Part shown: piece after piece, positions 38,077 to 51,233 of the stretch | Layout of the letters: every line of letters begins with the position of its first letter | Position numbering within the stretch: position 1 is the stretch's first letter | Origin: Sphyrna mokarran | Lineage: Eukaryota | Reading direction: 5' to 3' | DNA length: 64,000 bases | Assembly: GCA_024679065.1 (NCBI GenBank) | Contig: JAGIQG010000020.1 | Location: 8,680,001 to 8,744,000 of the forward strand | The notes under the pieces: model-generated | Told to the model about the DNA's origin: nothing | The model's database searches: none | Seen by the model: only the letters and a program-made list of their open reading frames with translations | Translations under genes and position numbers: made by a program

Positions 38077-39981
38077 AACTGCAGAATAGCTAATGTTGTA
38101 CCGTTGTTTAAAAAGGGTGGTAGGGATAACCCTGGAAATTATAGGCCGGTGAGTTTGACGTCAGTGGTAGGGAAGCTGTTGGAGGGGATTCTTAGAGACA
38201 GGATGTATAGGCACTTAGAGCGTTGCAATCTGATTAGGGATACGTAGCATGGATTTGTTAAGGGGAGGTCATGCCTTACAAATCTGGTAGACTTTTTTGA
38301 GGAGGTGACAAAAACGGTGGACGAAGGGCGAGCCGTTGACGTTGTCTATATGGATTTTAGTAAGGCGTTTGACAAAGTCCCTCATGGGAGGTTAGTCGAG
38401 AAGGTCAAGGAAAATGGGATACAAGGACAGGTAGCTAGATGGATAAGCAACTGGCTTGGTAATAGGAGACAGGGAGTAATAGCGGAAGGGTGTTTCTCTA
38501 GCTGGAGGTCGGTCACTAGTGGTGTGCCGCAGGGCTCAGTAGTGGGATCTCTTCTATTTGTAATATATATAAATGACTTGGAAGAGGGAGTAAGTGGAGT
38601 GATCAGCAAGTTTGCAGACGATACAAAGGTGGCTGGACTTATGGATAGTGCGGAGCATTGTCAGTCAATGCAGCAGGACATAGATAGGCTGGTAGCTTGG
38701 GCAGACAGATGGCAGATGGAATTCAATCCTGATAAATGTGAGGTGATGCATTTCGGGAGAAAAAATGTATGGGGGAGGTATATGATAAAGGGTAGACCTA
38801 TTAAGAGTAAAGAAACGCAGAGGGACCTGGGGGTGCAGGTGAACAAGTCTCTGAAGGTGGCAGAGCAAGTGGAGAAGGTTGTGAAGAAAGCATATAGTAT
38901 GCTAGCCTTTATAGGAAGGGGTATAGAGTACAAGAGCTGGCCTTTAATGCTGCAGTTGTATAAAACGCTGGTTAGGCCTCATTTGGAATACTGCGTCCAG
39001 TTCTGGTCGCCTTACTACCGGAAGGACGTGGAGACTCTGGAGAGAGTGCAGAGGAGGTTTACCAGGATGCTGCCTGGTATGGAAGGTCTGAGTTACGAGG
39101 AGAGATTAGGCAAATTGGGACTGTTTTCCTTAGAAAGACGTAGACTTAGAGGAGATCTGATAGAGGTGTACAAGATTTTGAAGGGGATAGATAGAGTAAA
39201 CAGGGCTAAGCTTTTTCCTAGGATGGACTCAAATAGCACGAGGGGTCACGGGCTTAGGGTGAGGGGGGTAAGGTATAATTTGGATGCTGGAGGGAGTTTT
39301 TTCACACAGAGGGTGGTGGGGGTATGGAATGCGCTGCCAAGTAAAGTGGTGGAGGCAGGTACTCTGGAGTTATTTAAGAAATACTTAGATGGGCACATGA
39401 ACAGAATGGGAATGGAGGGGTATAGAAAACTGATTTAAAATAGGGATCATGAGCCTTGGGAGTCCCTGGGAAGTGTGCAAATAGATGATGATATTGATGT
39501 ACTTGTTTTTATCCTACACATGCTTTGGTCCACCTTGTTGTCTAACGAGGGGCATACACGCGATGGGTCGTGAGAGGACTGCTCTTGGACCTTTTTTGAG
39601 AGTATCCTACTGCTTCACATTGTTAGTGTACGCTTGACCTGGACCATCTGATGGGCAACACGACAGCTCAGTGACTATCGCTGTGCTGTGCAGATACATG
39701 GATTTGGGCCTGTGTCTGTGGGAGTTTGCGCATTCTCCCCGTGCTTGCGTGGGTTTTCTCCGGGTGCTCCGGTTTCCTCCCACATCCCAAAGATGTGCTC
39801 TTAAGCTAATTGGCAAAACAAATTCTCCCTAAATTGTCTCAAATTTGATTTTTAATCCATAGATCTATAAACATGGACAGGGATCGCGTGTAGAAGTGAG
39901 AACATCGAGGTGGCAGCAGGGGCTCGTTGGGCCGAAGGGCCTGTTTCCCGTGCTGTTTTGTTCTTTGTTCTTTGTTCTTTG
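38077..39981 (+). mobile_element. 5'-truncated CR1 LINE with a V-SINE-containing 3' UTR (subfamily B), nested in an older CR1
   Basis: ORFs 38035-38247 and 38305-39438 separated by one stop; the flanks rejoin as a decayed VNDLDLETRS..F.DDT.LG RT motif. Confidence 0.93.
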
Positions 39982-40829
39982 TATTTGTGAATGATACGAA
40001 TTGGGGGATTTAGTTAATATTGAGAAAATTGCGACAAAATACACGAACACATTAATAAACTTGTAGAATGGGCATATTAGAGGCTGAATGAATTTTCATA
40101 TAAATGAATGAAATGATTGGAGAAACAAGGAGGGTACAATGTCTGTGGAAAACAAAAGCGTAAAGAATCATTGGGCTGAGGGTTGTACGTTGATATAGGA
40201 CCATAGGAATGAGGAATAGGCTATGCTGTCCCCTGAGCCTGCTCTGATACAAAATTAAATTCTGGCTGATCTACTTCAACGCTATTTTTCCATACGACCC
40301 CAGATTATTTTTATAATTAATAATTAAGATTCTATCCGTCTATATCTGGAACGCACTCAATGACTGCGCATCCAAAGCCCAATGGTAAGAGAATATCATG
40401 ATTCACTAACTTCTGAATGAAGAGATTCCTCTTTATCTTAGTCCTGAGAGCTCTGCCTCTAATTCTGATTCGTTGGCCCAGAACCAGGGGGAACATACTC
40501 TCTGCATCTACCCTATTGAACCTTGTGATAATGTTGTTCTGTCTCAATTAGTTAATCTCTCATTCTTGTAAATTTAAGTGAATATTTAAATACTTTAAGT
40601 GAAATTCCCTCAATCTCCGCCATCCCAGGCATCAGTCTGGTCAACATTTGTAGCACAATGTATGACAAGTATACCCTTCTCACATTACTAAATGTAGCAA
40701 TACAAATAACCAAGAGATTAAAATATGAACTGTGAATTGATGTTCATTTTTGGAAGCATATAATTAAAAAAAGCAGGAAAGTTAACCGAACATCAGGCAG
40801 GTTAGACCACATTTTAGCGAATTATGCAC

Positions 40830-42421
40830 AAATGCAGGAACTTAGGGAAACTGATTGGGAACGGTTGTTCAAGGGTAAGTTCACGCTAGGCATGTGGGAC
40901 TCTTTCAAGGGAATACTGAAAATGTTGCAAGATAAATACGTGCCAGCCAAGAGGAAAGATGGGAAAGGTAGGATTAGAGAGCCGTGGATTACTAGGGATA
41001 TTGAGGACTTGGTTAGGAAGAAAAGAGAGGCTTATGATAGGTCAAAGCAGCTGGGAACCGAGACAGCGTTGAAGGAATATAGAAAGAGTAGGAGAGAGCT
41101 CAAATGGGGAGTTAGAAGGGCAAAAAGGGAGCATGAAATGATTTTGGCGGATAGCATTAAGGAAAATCCAAAAACTTTTTACTCCTATGTTAGGAATAAA
41201 AGGGTGGTTAGAGGAAAAATCGGACCTCTTAGGGACAGAGGAGGGGAATTGTGCTTAGAGCCCGAGGGAATGGCAGAGATCCTTAATGAATACTTTGCGT
41301 CGGTATTCACAAAGCAGCTCTGAGGGAGCTGTGGACCAGTTGAGAGAAATATCCATACCGAGGGAGGAGGTTTTAGAGCTTCTAGGTAGCATTAAAATTG
41401 ATAAATCTCTGGGGCCTGATAGTATTTATCCCAGGCTGCTTAGGGAGGTGTGAGGCGAAATTGCTGGGCCTCTGACACAAATCTTTGTCTCTTCCTTGGA
41501 CACAGGTGAGGTCCAGAGGACTGGAGAATAGACCAGGATGTTGCCTGGTATGGAAGGTCAAATTGGACTGTTTTCCTTAGAAAGACGTAGACTTAGAGGA
41601 GACCTAATAGAGGTATACAAGATTATGAAGGGGATAGATAGAGTAAACAGGGTTAAGCTTTTTCCTAGGATGGACTCAAATAGCACGAGGGGTCACGGGC
41701 TTAGGGTGAGAGGGGTAAGGTATAACTTGGATGCTAGAGGGAGTTTTTTCACACAGGGTGGTGGGGGTATGGAATGCGCTACCAAGTAAAGTGGTGGAGG
41801 CAGGTACTCTGGAGATATTTAAGAAATACTTAGATGGGCATATGAACAGAATGGGAATGGAGGGGTACAGAAAACTGATTTAAAATAGGGATCATGAGCC
41901 TTGGGAGTCCCTGGGAAGTGTGTAAATAGATGATATTGATGTACTTGTTTTTATCCTACAGGTGCTTTGGTCCACCTTGTTGTCTAACGAGGGGCATACA
42001 CGCGATGGGTCGTGAGAGGGCTGCTCTTGGATTTTTTTCGAGAGTATCCTAGTGTTTCATGTCGTTAGTGTACGCTTGACCTGGACCCTTTGATGGGCAA
42101 CACAACAACTCAGTGACTATCGCTGTGCTGTGCAGATACATGGATTTGGGCCTGTGTCTGTGGGAGTTTGCACATTCTCCCCGGGCTTGCGTGGGTTTTC
42201 TCCGGGTGCTCCGGTTTCCTCCCACATCCCAAAGATGTGCTCTTAGGCTAATTGGGAAAACAAATTCTCCCTAAATTGTCTCAAATTTGGTTTTTAATCC
42301 ATAGATCTATAAACATGGACAAGGATCGCAGGTAAAGGTAGGAAAATCGGGGTGACGGCGTGGGCTCGTTGGGCCGAAGGGCCTGTTTCCCGTGCTGTTT
42401 TGTTCTTTGTTCTTTGTTGTT
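40830..42421 (+). mobile_element. Internally deleted CR1 LINE (subfamily B)
   Basis: ORF2 linker region 40832-41531 is joined directly to the TRMLPG region, so the RT core is missing; same 3' UTR as the 38-40 kb copy. Confidence 0.9.
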
Positions 42422-42438
42422 TCTGCTTTTCTTTCCAA

Positions 42439-42754
42439 GCCGCGTGCCCTCTCTATCTTTCCGCCTTTATCGGATCAACTCAAAGAAAAAAGGCAAGCTC
42501 ACCTTGATGCATTTTATTAACGGCTTCAACCCGGGAGCTGCGGAGATTGAATGGACTGTAGATGGCAGCGTCAGAGGGAATGGGGTTGAGACCAGTCGGA
42601 TCCAGCAGGAGGCGGACAACACGTTCAGTGTGAGCAGTTATCTGACTCTGTCAGCCTCAGAGTGGAACTCACACGAGCTTTACTCCTGTCTGGTCAAACA
42701 CGAAGCTCTAGCAAACCCACTTATGACAGCATAGAGAGGTCTAATTGCATCTGA
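42439..42754 (+). pseudogene. Orphan Ig lambda-type constant-region pseudo-exon
   Basis: Aligns with the intact C exon; +1 frameshift in an A-run, first Cys codon replaced by CAT, 1-nt deletion near the 3' end giving TAG at 42732; no V/J exon recognised upstream. Confidence 0.9.
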
Positions 42755-43176
42755 CGCAAGAACCCTGGGTATTCTTCCTTGATATCATTAGTAAACTTCA
42801 ATTGAGCAAACCTGAATTTGTTAATTTTAGTTGCTCTACTTGAAATTATAAGAACAATGCCCAGCTAGTTTGTTTGTTTGATGCCATCCGGTTTACTTCG
42901 AAGATATGCTGCCTCTGCAGCCATTTCCTTTTCTTTCTGACATTGCACAGCAACACAAATATTGTTTCATTGTCTCATTCGACGCTTTTTTTGTTTTAGT
43001 TATTATCGAATTGTTGATTGGTTTTAAATGCTCAAATCGCGAGATTTTATTCTTTGTAATTTTTTTAAACTGTCAAACACTTGTAGAAATAACGAGGATT
43101 TTATAAAATGGGTTCGCAATCACCTGGTATCATGTATCAACAGCTAACGTGGATAAATTAGCTTTCTATATTGATT

Positions 43177-43313
43177 GAAGGTGGGGAAATTTTCCGGTCC
43201 CGCCCTCCACGGGAAAAGTCCCGGACGGGGGGACAACAGCAACTGAAAATTAAAAGGTTCATTGCTTCTGGCCGGAATTTCCGGACCCCAAGTGGGCGGG
43301 ACCAGAAAATCAA
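43177..43313. mobile_element. Short MITE-like inverted-repeat element
   Basis: 17-bp inverted repeats (43189-43205 and 43294-43310, one mismatch); flanking TCTATATTGATT direct repeat. Confidence 0.65.
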
Positions 43314-44261
43314 TCTATATTGATTATTGGCCCTGGTTGTACGTGGGCTCGGTGAGAAACTTTATTAACGCCAATTAACGTTGCATTCGGCGCGTTTTAA
43401 AATATAAATCGTAATCGTAAATCCCATAGAATAAGAATGTCAGCTAAAATGAAGTAAAAATCATAGAACGTTTCCGCATAAAAATCCACCCACTTTGAAC
43501 TTTTTGAAAGATACTTCCAAATTGTGCTGACCCTCTGTTCCTTCCTTTGGCATTGCAATGTTTTCTCATTCAAGGGTTGAACGGTTGCCCCAGAATTCAC
43601 GCTGGGTGCTTACAATTCCCAATTCTTCGTCAGAACAAGTCACAGAATCCCTGCACCGACAACGATCCCATTCTTTCCGTGTAACTCCACGTATTTACGC
43701 TGCTAATATCTCTGAAATCACTGGATGATTCAGCATGGCCAATCCACCTAACCCGCACATCTTAAGATTGTGAGAGGAAACCAGAGCACCCGGAGCAAAG
43801 CCATGCAGACACGGGGAGAACGTGCAAACTCCACACAGACAGTCAACCAAGCTGGGAATCGAACTCTGGCACTGTAAGCACTGCTAACCACTGTGCCACC
43901 GTGCCGCCCCTTCATTGAAAAGAGGCACACGAACACAAATAATGCAAATATTATTCTCTTGCGCATGAAACTATATGAAGCAAAAGGATTGCAAAACAAA
44001 GGAAACTCTTCAGAATTAAGTGTGCATGCATGCTAACTTGGAAAACACGACTTGAGGAAAATGCATTATTAGCAGATGTTTTGGGAACTATTAATGCTAT
44101 TTAAGGAAACTAGTTTAGTGACAGCGGAAAGTGCATGAATGATCCACTTGAAACCATTTTTATAAAGGACTTGAATCAAAGGATTGGAGCTGTGTGGTAC
44201 ATAGGAAGTTAGCAAAAAGGATAACAATTGAGTGGGAGCTTCAAGCGCAGACCGATTACAA

Positions 44262-44848
44262 CCCATAGGACCATAGAACCACAGAAAATTACAGCTCAGA
44301 AATAGGCCTTTTGGCCCTTCTTGTCTGTACCAAACCATTTTTTGCCTAGTCCACTGACTTGCACTTAAACCATTTCCGTCCACACCTCTCTCATCCTTGA
44401 ACCCACCCAAGTTTTTCCTAAATGTTAAAAGTGACACCGCATTTACCACTTTATCTGGCAGCTCATTTCACACTCCCACGACTCTCTGCGTGAAAAAGCC
44501 CCCCCTCCCTCTAATATTCCCTTTAAACTTTTCTCCTTTTACCCTTAACCCATGCCGTCTGTTTTTTTTTCTCCCCTAGCCTCAGTGGAAAAAGCCTGTT
44601 TGCATTCACTCTATCTCTACCCTTCAAAATCTTATACGCCTCTATCAAATCTCCCCTCATTCTTCTACGCTCCAGGGAATAAAGTCCTAAACTATTCAAC
44701 CTCTTTCTGTAACTCAGCTTCTCAAGTTCTGGCAACATCCTTGTGAACCTTCTCTGCACTCTTTCAATCTTATTTACATCCTCCCTGTAACTAGGTGACC
44801 AAACTTGTTTACCACTTTATCCGGCAGCCCATTCCACACTCCCACCAG
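44262..44848 (-). mobile_element. CR1 LINE 3' fragment
   Basis: QRRFTRMLPELEKLSY...RGDLIEAYK; (CCATAGAA) tail. Confidence 0.85.
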
Positions 44849-46554
44849 TTCAAAAACGTTCAGTTCAGTGGTCTGGTTTTGACCTGGTGATAACGATTTT
44901 AAAATTGATTCTGTTTGTCTCTCCAAGGATGCTGTCAGACTTGTTGCTTGCTTTTGGATTTTATTTCAGTTCAGCAATCCTTGTTTGCGAATCTGGACAA
45001 TTCTGAATGATTACTGTCACGCTCTGAAAACCGTCATATGTTCTATCGGTTGTACACCGCCAGTCAGTATTCTATTTTTGTTTTTATAAACGATAAGTAT
45101 TTGCTTGCCTTCTGACTGCACTCTCAATTATCAATGAACATCTGCCAACGTATCAATTACACATATATCTTAGAATCGGTCAACTATTTTGGAAAGGAGA
45201 GTTTTGGCAAGATGTAGGAAGTCCTAAGCAGCGGATTCCGAAGCTGATCACCATGAGAAAATGGGATTTAAAATAATTAATTTTAGGGATGTGAGCTTCT
45301 CTGGCTGGGCCAGCATTATTGCCCATCGCTTGTTGTCCTTCAGAGCTGACTTTTATGAATCCCTGCAGTTCCTGAGATGCAGTATACCCATGATGCTGAC
45401 AGGGAATTCCAGGATTTTAAACAGTGGAGGAACGGCACCAATTCTCAAATCAGCATGGCGATTTTCCCATCCATTTGATGTCCTTGCCATTCTAGATTGT
45501 ATTGGTTGAGGGTGTGGAGGGTTTTAAGTGCAGGAATTGAAGGCAATTTTAAGAAAATGTAGAATTTTTCAGAAATGCTTGATGAAGTCTACCTCTGAGG
45601 CATTCAAGTTAGCCGACTCTGACTTTTACGAGAAAGCCAAGTGATGATCTAAGGGGATCCATCAAAGATGCCAAAAAACAGAACTAGACCAAACTAGAGT
45701 TCGAGGCTAACCACACAGGACCCCAACTGGTTATGGCAAGGTCTCTAAGACATAATGGTTACAAGGTGAAGACATGCAAAATCACCAGCACCAACGCACC
45801 CCTCCCTGATGAGCTGAATGCATTCTGTGCTCGTTTTGAGTAAGAGGTCAGCCAGAGGACGCCCTCCACCCCGAAAGCCTGCGATGAACCTGTTTCTGAG
45901 GTCACCATTGCAAGCGTCAGAGCAGCTTTCTTGAAAGTGAACCACAGAAAGCAACTGGCCTGGATGGGGTATCTGGAGGAGTACTCAGATCCTGCGTGGA
46001 TCAGCTGGCAGGAATATTCATAAACATATTCAACCTCTCTTTGCGACAATCTGAGGTCTATATCTACTTCAAGAAGACGACTACTATCCCAATGCCAAAG
46101 AAAAGCCAAGCAATGTGCTTTAATGACCATCATCTGGTAGTTCTGAAATCCATCATTGTGAAATGTTTTGAAAGGTTAGTTATGACATGAAACAATTCCT
46201 GACTCTCAGATCCAGTGACTCTGAATAGGGCATTTAAAGGGCCTCAATAGGCTCAGAGATGGGTGTGCCGTGCAACGAATTTATTCTTCCTAAATGGAGG
46301 TGATTTCTGATCATCACAATAGAACAGATCTGTGAGGCGATGGTGAAGTAGAGCTATGTGCTTTCAGAGTGCATAAAGACCCTGATGTGCCTTGAGATGA
46401 TGCCTACAAGGGAGACCATGGAATGGAATGGAATGGAATGGAAAAAGAAGGGCGACCAGGGACATATATTTGAGTTCCTAGCATAGGAGCAAGAAGTGGG
46501 AGCAAGAAAATTCTGTGGATATTTGTTGATAAAAAAATTGTAGCCAGTTCAGGA

Positions 46555-47670
46555 GAATAACAACATTAGAACTAGGAGCAGGATTAGGCCATCTGGCCCG
46601 TTATGCCTCTCTACCATTCAATAAGATCATGGCTGATCTTTTCATGGATTCAGCTCCACTTACCCACTCGCTCACCATGACCTTTAATTCATTTACTGTT
46701 CAAATATTTATCTATCCTTGCCTTAGAAACATTTAATGAGGTAGACTCAACTGCTTCACTGGACAGGAAACTCCACAGATTCACAATCCTTTGTGTGAAG
46801 AAGTTCCTTTTTAATTCAGTCCGAAATCTGTTCCCCCTTATTTTGAGGCCAAGCTCTTATTTCTCGTTTCACCTGCCGGGGGAAACAGCTTCCCTGCTTC
46901 TATCTTATCTATTCCATTCATAATCTTATATGTTTCTATAAGATCTCCCCTCATTCTTCTGAATTCCAAAGAGTACAGCCCTAGACTACTCAGTCTCTCT
47001 TCATAAGCCAACCCTCTCAACCCCCTCAACTCCCGAATCAATCTAGTGAATCTCTTCTGCACCCCCTCCAGTGCCAGTATATCTTTTCTCAAGTAAGGAC
47101 ACTAAACTGTACACAGTACTTCAGTGTGGCCTCACAGCACCTATACAGCTGCAACTTAAACTCGCTGTTTTTAAACTCCATCTCTCTAATAATGAAAGCC
47201 AAAATTCCATTTGCCTTTTTAATTACCTGCTGCATCTGCAAACCAACTCCTTGCACAAGGACACCCAGGTCCCTCTGCACAGCAACATGCTGCACTTTTT
47301 ATCCAATTAAATAATAGTCCATTTTGCTGTTATTCCTACCAAAATGGATGGCCTCACATTTACCAACATTGTACTCCATCTGCCAGACTCTCATGTATTC
47401 ACTTAGACTATCTATATCCCTTTGCAGACTTTGCAAAGTGTCTTCTGCACACTTTGCCCTGTCACACATCTTAGTGTCATCTGCAAATTTTGACACATTA
47501 CACTTCGCCCGTAACTCCAAATCACATATGTAAATTGTAAACATTTGCAGTCCTAACACTGATCCCTGAGGCACACCACTCGTCACTGATCGCCAGCCAG
47601 AAATGCATCCATTTACACCCACTCTTTGCTTTCTGTTAGTTAACTAATCCTCTCTCCATGCTAATACATT
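46555..47670 (-). mobile_element. CR1 LINE RT/3' fragment
   Basis: GVPQGSVLG, KFADDTK and RGDLIETYK in successive frames. Confidence 0.88.
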
Positions 47671-49678
47671 TAATGGCAACTGGTTGAACAGTACCTGAGG
47701 AGAGTCAGCAGTTAATGATATCAGCGAAAGTGGAGACAAAAAAATAAAGTTAGATGATCAATAATTTAGTGAAAATATGGTCAACATGGGTCCAATGTAG
47801 AAAATGAGTTCTGAAAGCGAATGAGGGGGGCATACAAGGAAAAAAAAAATCAGATTCAACTATGATGCGTGCGAAATACTGCTTCCTCATTTCGCTCCTA
47901 TTTAGCCCCACTTTAATAAAAGAGTATGCCTTATTTTTCCTGGGTTGTGTTATTTGTGGAAATAATTTCTCTGGACCTATCATGTCACGTTCGTTGATCA
48001 TTTTAAATACTTTGATTAGGTAAATAGAGTGCAAGGGAAGGCAGACATTGAGTTGCTTTGAATGATTTAGCACAAAAATGTTACTGTTCCAATCTGTATT
48101 TTCATTAAGAGTTTTAACTCTTTTCACTATAAGCAGGCGGTTTAGCAAAGCCACACAAATTGTCGCTTCAGCCATAGCCTCATATCAATCAAGAAACAAG
48201 AAATCCTGAAACATTTTCAGCCACTTTTGTGCAAAATAACAGTGCTGGAAAGTCATGCCTTCTCAAATAGTTCGTGTCTCTGGCCGTCTGTATGTAAGGG
48301 AGTTCCAAGTAAGGGCAAAATTTAACATTTCTTGCTGAGCCAGTGTCCCTCCAGCTCATAATGGTATTAAGTATGCTTGCATTATGCAGCATTGTCCAAA
48401 TTGTCAGAAATGCTCTTGGCTCCATTTATCCTCAGGCGCACTATTTTAAGATACTGCTTCCACAACCCTTGCTAAAATAAAAACGCTTCTTTTAAAATTA
48501 CTGGATTGTAACTTTGGAAATATCTGAGTTTCTTTTAGTGCCTGGGGGAGGCACTCTCATAGGAGATTCACCAGGATGTTGCCTGGGTTATGGTTATTTT
48601 TCATGAAGCAAAGAAAGCTGAGGTGTTAACTCATCGAGGTGCACAAAATTATGAACGATGTATAGAAGAAGAAATCTTTCGCCTCAGTACAGGGCTCAAT
48701 AACTAGGGGGCATGAATTTAAGGTAAGGAGCAGGAGATTTGAAGAAATTCTTCTTCAGCCAGAAGGTGCTGGGAATCACTGTCTGAAAGGATGGTAGATG
48801 GAAGGAATTCTCAGGGCATTTAGTTTGATGAGGAATTGAAAAGTCATTGCATACAAGACTACTAGCGTAGTGCTGGCAATTGAATTAGAATAGATAGGTT
48901 TTGGTAATTGCAAAGAGACTCGTTGTGGGCTGGACACACCCTCCAGCTTAAAAGGGCGAAGAAATACCCAGCACGGACAACGGAAATGTCCCTTGACTTC
49001 GGGCAGAAATTTCCGGTCTCGATCGAGCGAGGCCGTAAAAATCCCGCAGCTTAATGTGAAAACCCAAATACAACACTCCACATGTGATCTGATCAAGGTT
49101 GTAGACAGCAGAAAAAACTACTTCCTCACTTTTGGATTTCAATGCCCTTGTGACAAAGGCGGGCATTCTGTCCGATTTCTAATTTAACTTCTCTTCATGA
49201 AGTTTTTAGTGACTTATGTACAGGAACCCCCAAATCGCTTTGTTCATTCAAAGCATATCGCCTCTTAAATTTAGGTAAATATTTCGAGCTACTCGCTTTC
49301 ATACCTTGGTCACAGAACCACAGAATTCACAGGTCCACTCACTTAGTTTATCTATGAAATTCTATCCAACAATCATCCAGCTTCCGGTGCCTTCTCAACC
49401 TGACCTGCCGACATATTTATGAAACTCTCAATCTGATCAGCAGAATGATCTCGTTCCAGAAATGATCCTCAGGAATCTGTATTTGCCAATACATCCAGCC
49501 AATCAGGGAATAAATCCTTTCTCAGTACTTTCTCATTAAGAGTTTTAACTCTCTTGCAGGCGGTTTAGCAATGCTACACAGCAAATTCCCGAACTATACG
49601 TTCAAATAAATTGATAAATAAATAAATAAATTCTCTCGCTGGGTCTGTTTTGTGTCTTCCTGTTTCAGGCTCACTCAG

Positions 49679-50283
49679 AACAAAGAACAAGGAACAAAAA
49701 AAAGCATGGGAAACAGGCCCTTCGGCCCAACGAGCCCACGCCGTCACCTCGATGTTCCCACTTCTACACGCGATCCCTGTCCATGTTTATAGATCTATGG
49801 ATTAAAAACCAAATTTGAGACAATTTAGGGAGAATTTGTTTTGCCAATTAGCCTAAGAGCACATCTTTGGGATGTGGGAGGAAACCGGAGCCCCCGGAGA
49901 AAACCCACGCAAGCACGGGGAGAATGCGCAAACTCCCACAGACACAGGCCCAAATCCATGTATCTGCACAGCACAGCGATAGTCACTGAGCTGTCGTGTT
50001 GCCCATCAAATGGTCCAGGTCAAGCGTACACTAACGACGTGAAGCACTAGGATACTCTCGAAAAAAAATCCAAGAGCAGTCCTCTCACGACCCATCGCGT
50101 GTATGCCCCTCGTTAGACAACAAGGTGGACCAAAGCACTTGTAGGATAAAAACAAGTACATCAATATCATCATCTATTTACACACTTCCCAGGGACTCCC
50201 AAGGCTCATGATCCCTATTTTAAATCAGTTTTCTATACCCCTCCATTCCCATTCTGTTCATGTGCCCATCTAAGCATTTCTTA
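49679..50283 (-). mobile_element. 3'-end-only copy of CR1 subfamily B
   Basis: Reverse complement of ~39375-39980 and ~41820-42420. Confidence 0.9.
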
Positions 50284-51233
50284 GTTGATCATGGTTGAAA
50301 ATATTTCTCTGTCACCCCGTATCACACCTTTTCCTAATATTAAACCGGCCAGTTACACCTCTGCATCTCCTCCCCAGAGAAAAAATATTCATTTTCCTGA
50401 TTGGTACATCGTCCCAATTCCAGTACAAATCTGGCAAATAGTTACTCCACTTTCTCCTGTCCCACAAGATCATTTTTGAGGCATGTAGACTATAGATGAG
50501 TACTATTCTATAAAAGTTTAATAAATCCCGGGATATTTTGGTTTGTTCTTCTGGAAGTGCACCAGCACTTTGTTTGCACTTTTTACCAACTGCGCAAGTT
50601 CTTGCTACTTTTAACAACTAATGTCTTGCAAGCCCAAATCTAACTGAAGAAATAAAGCAGCAATGTTTCAAAAGGATGTCCTATCGACTTTGTGATTCGT
50701 ATGAAGTTTTAAAAAAACCCTTTTATTCGGAGCTGCTTTGAGTCAATGCCTCACTGAAAATGCATCTAGGCAAGTTGACTTGTTAGTAAAGTGCTTGCTT
50801 CAGTATAATCATTATAGCCCAAGTAAAGCAATTAGATACTTAAAAAATGTATCTAATTGCTTTGTACCTGCATTGTATCGGGTGTATTAAAAATGAAGCA
50901 GTGACAGAATTTGCCCTGACTTTTTGTGAACAGGTGGTTTAACAAGTCTGTCGTTTAATGTATTTTTGTAAATCTCGGGACGTAGTTCAGCACTTTCATT
51001 ACAATGGCAGAATATAAGTAGACCATTTTTTTAAAAAATGTTGAAATATTACTTCATGGTATTAAATTAATGTCATCGATCTCTCCCTTGTTGCACATGG
51101 ATGTCACTTAGTTTAAATAAAATCACAATGATATAATCTCACTATTTAATTCCTTTTAGAATCTTGCAATTAATTGTTTTTAAGGGGAAGAGAGAGAATA
51201 ACAGAACATCGATGGAGATAACGGTATAATGAT

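Noticed and set aside
48100-49585. ~55-bp near-duplicate (tcattaagagttttaactct...gcaggcggtttagcaa)
   Set aside because: Lies within decayed LINE sequence; no evidence of function
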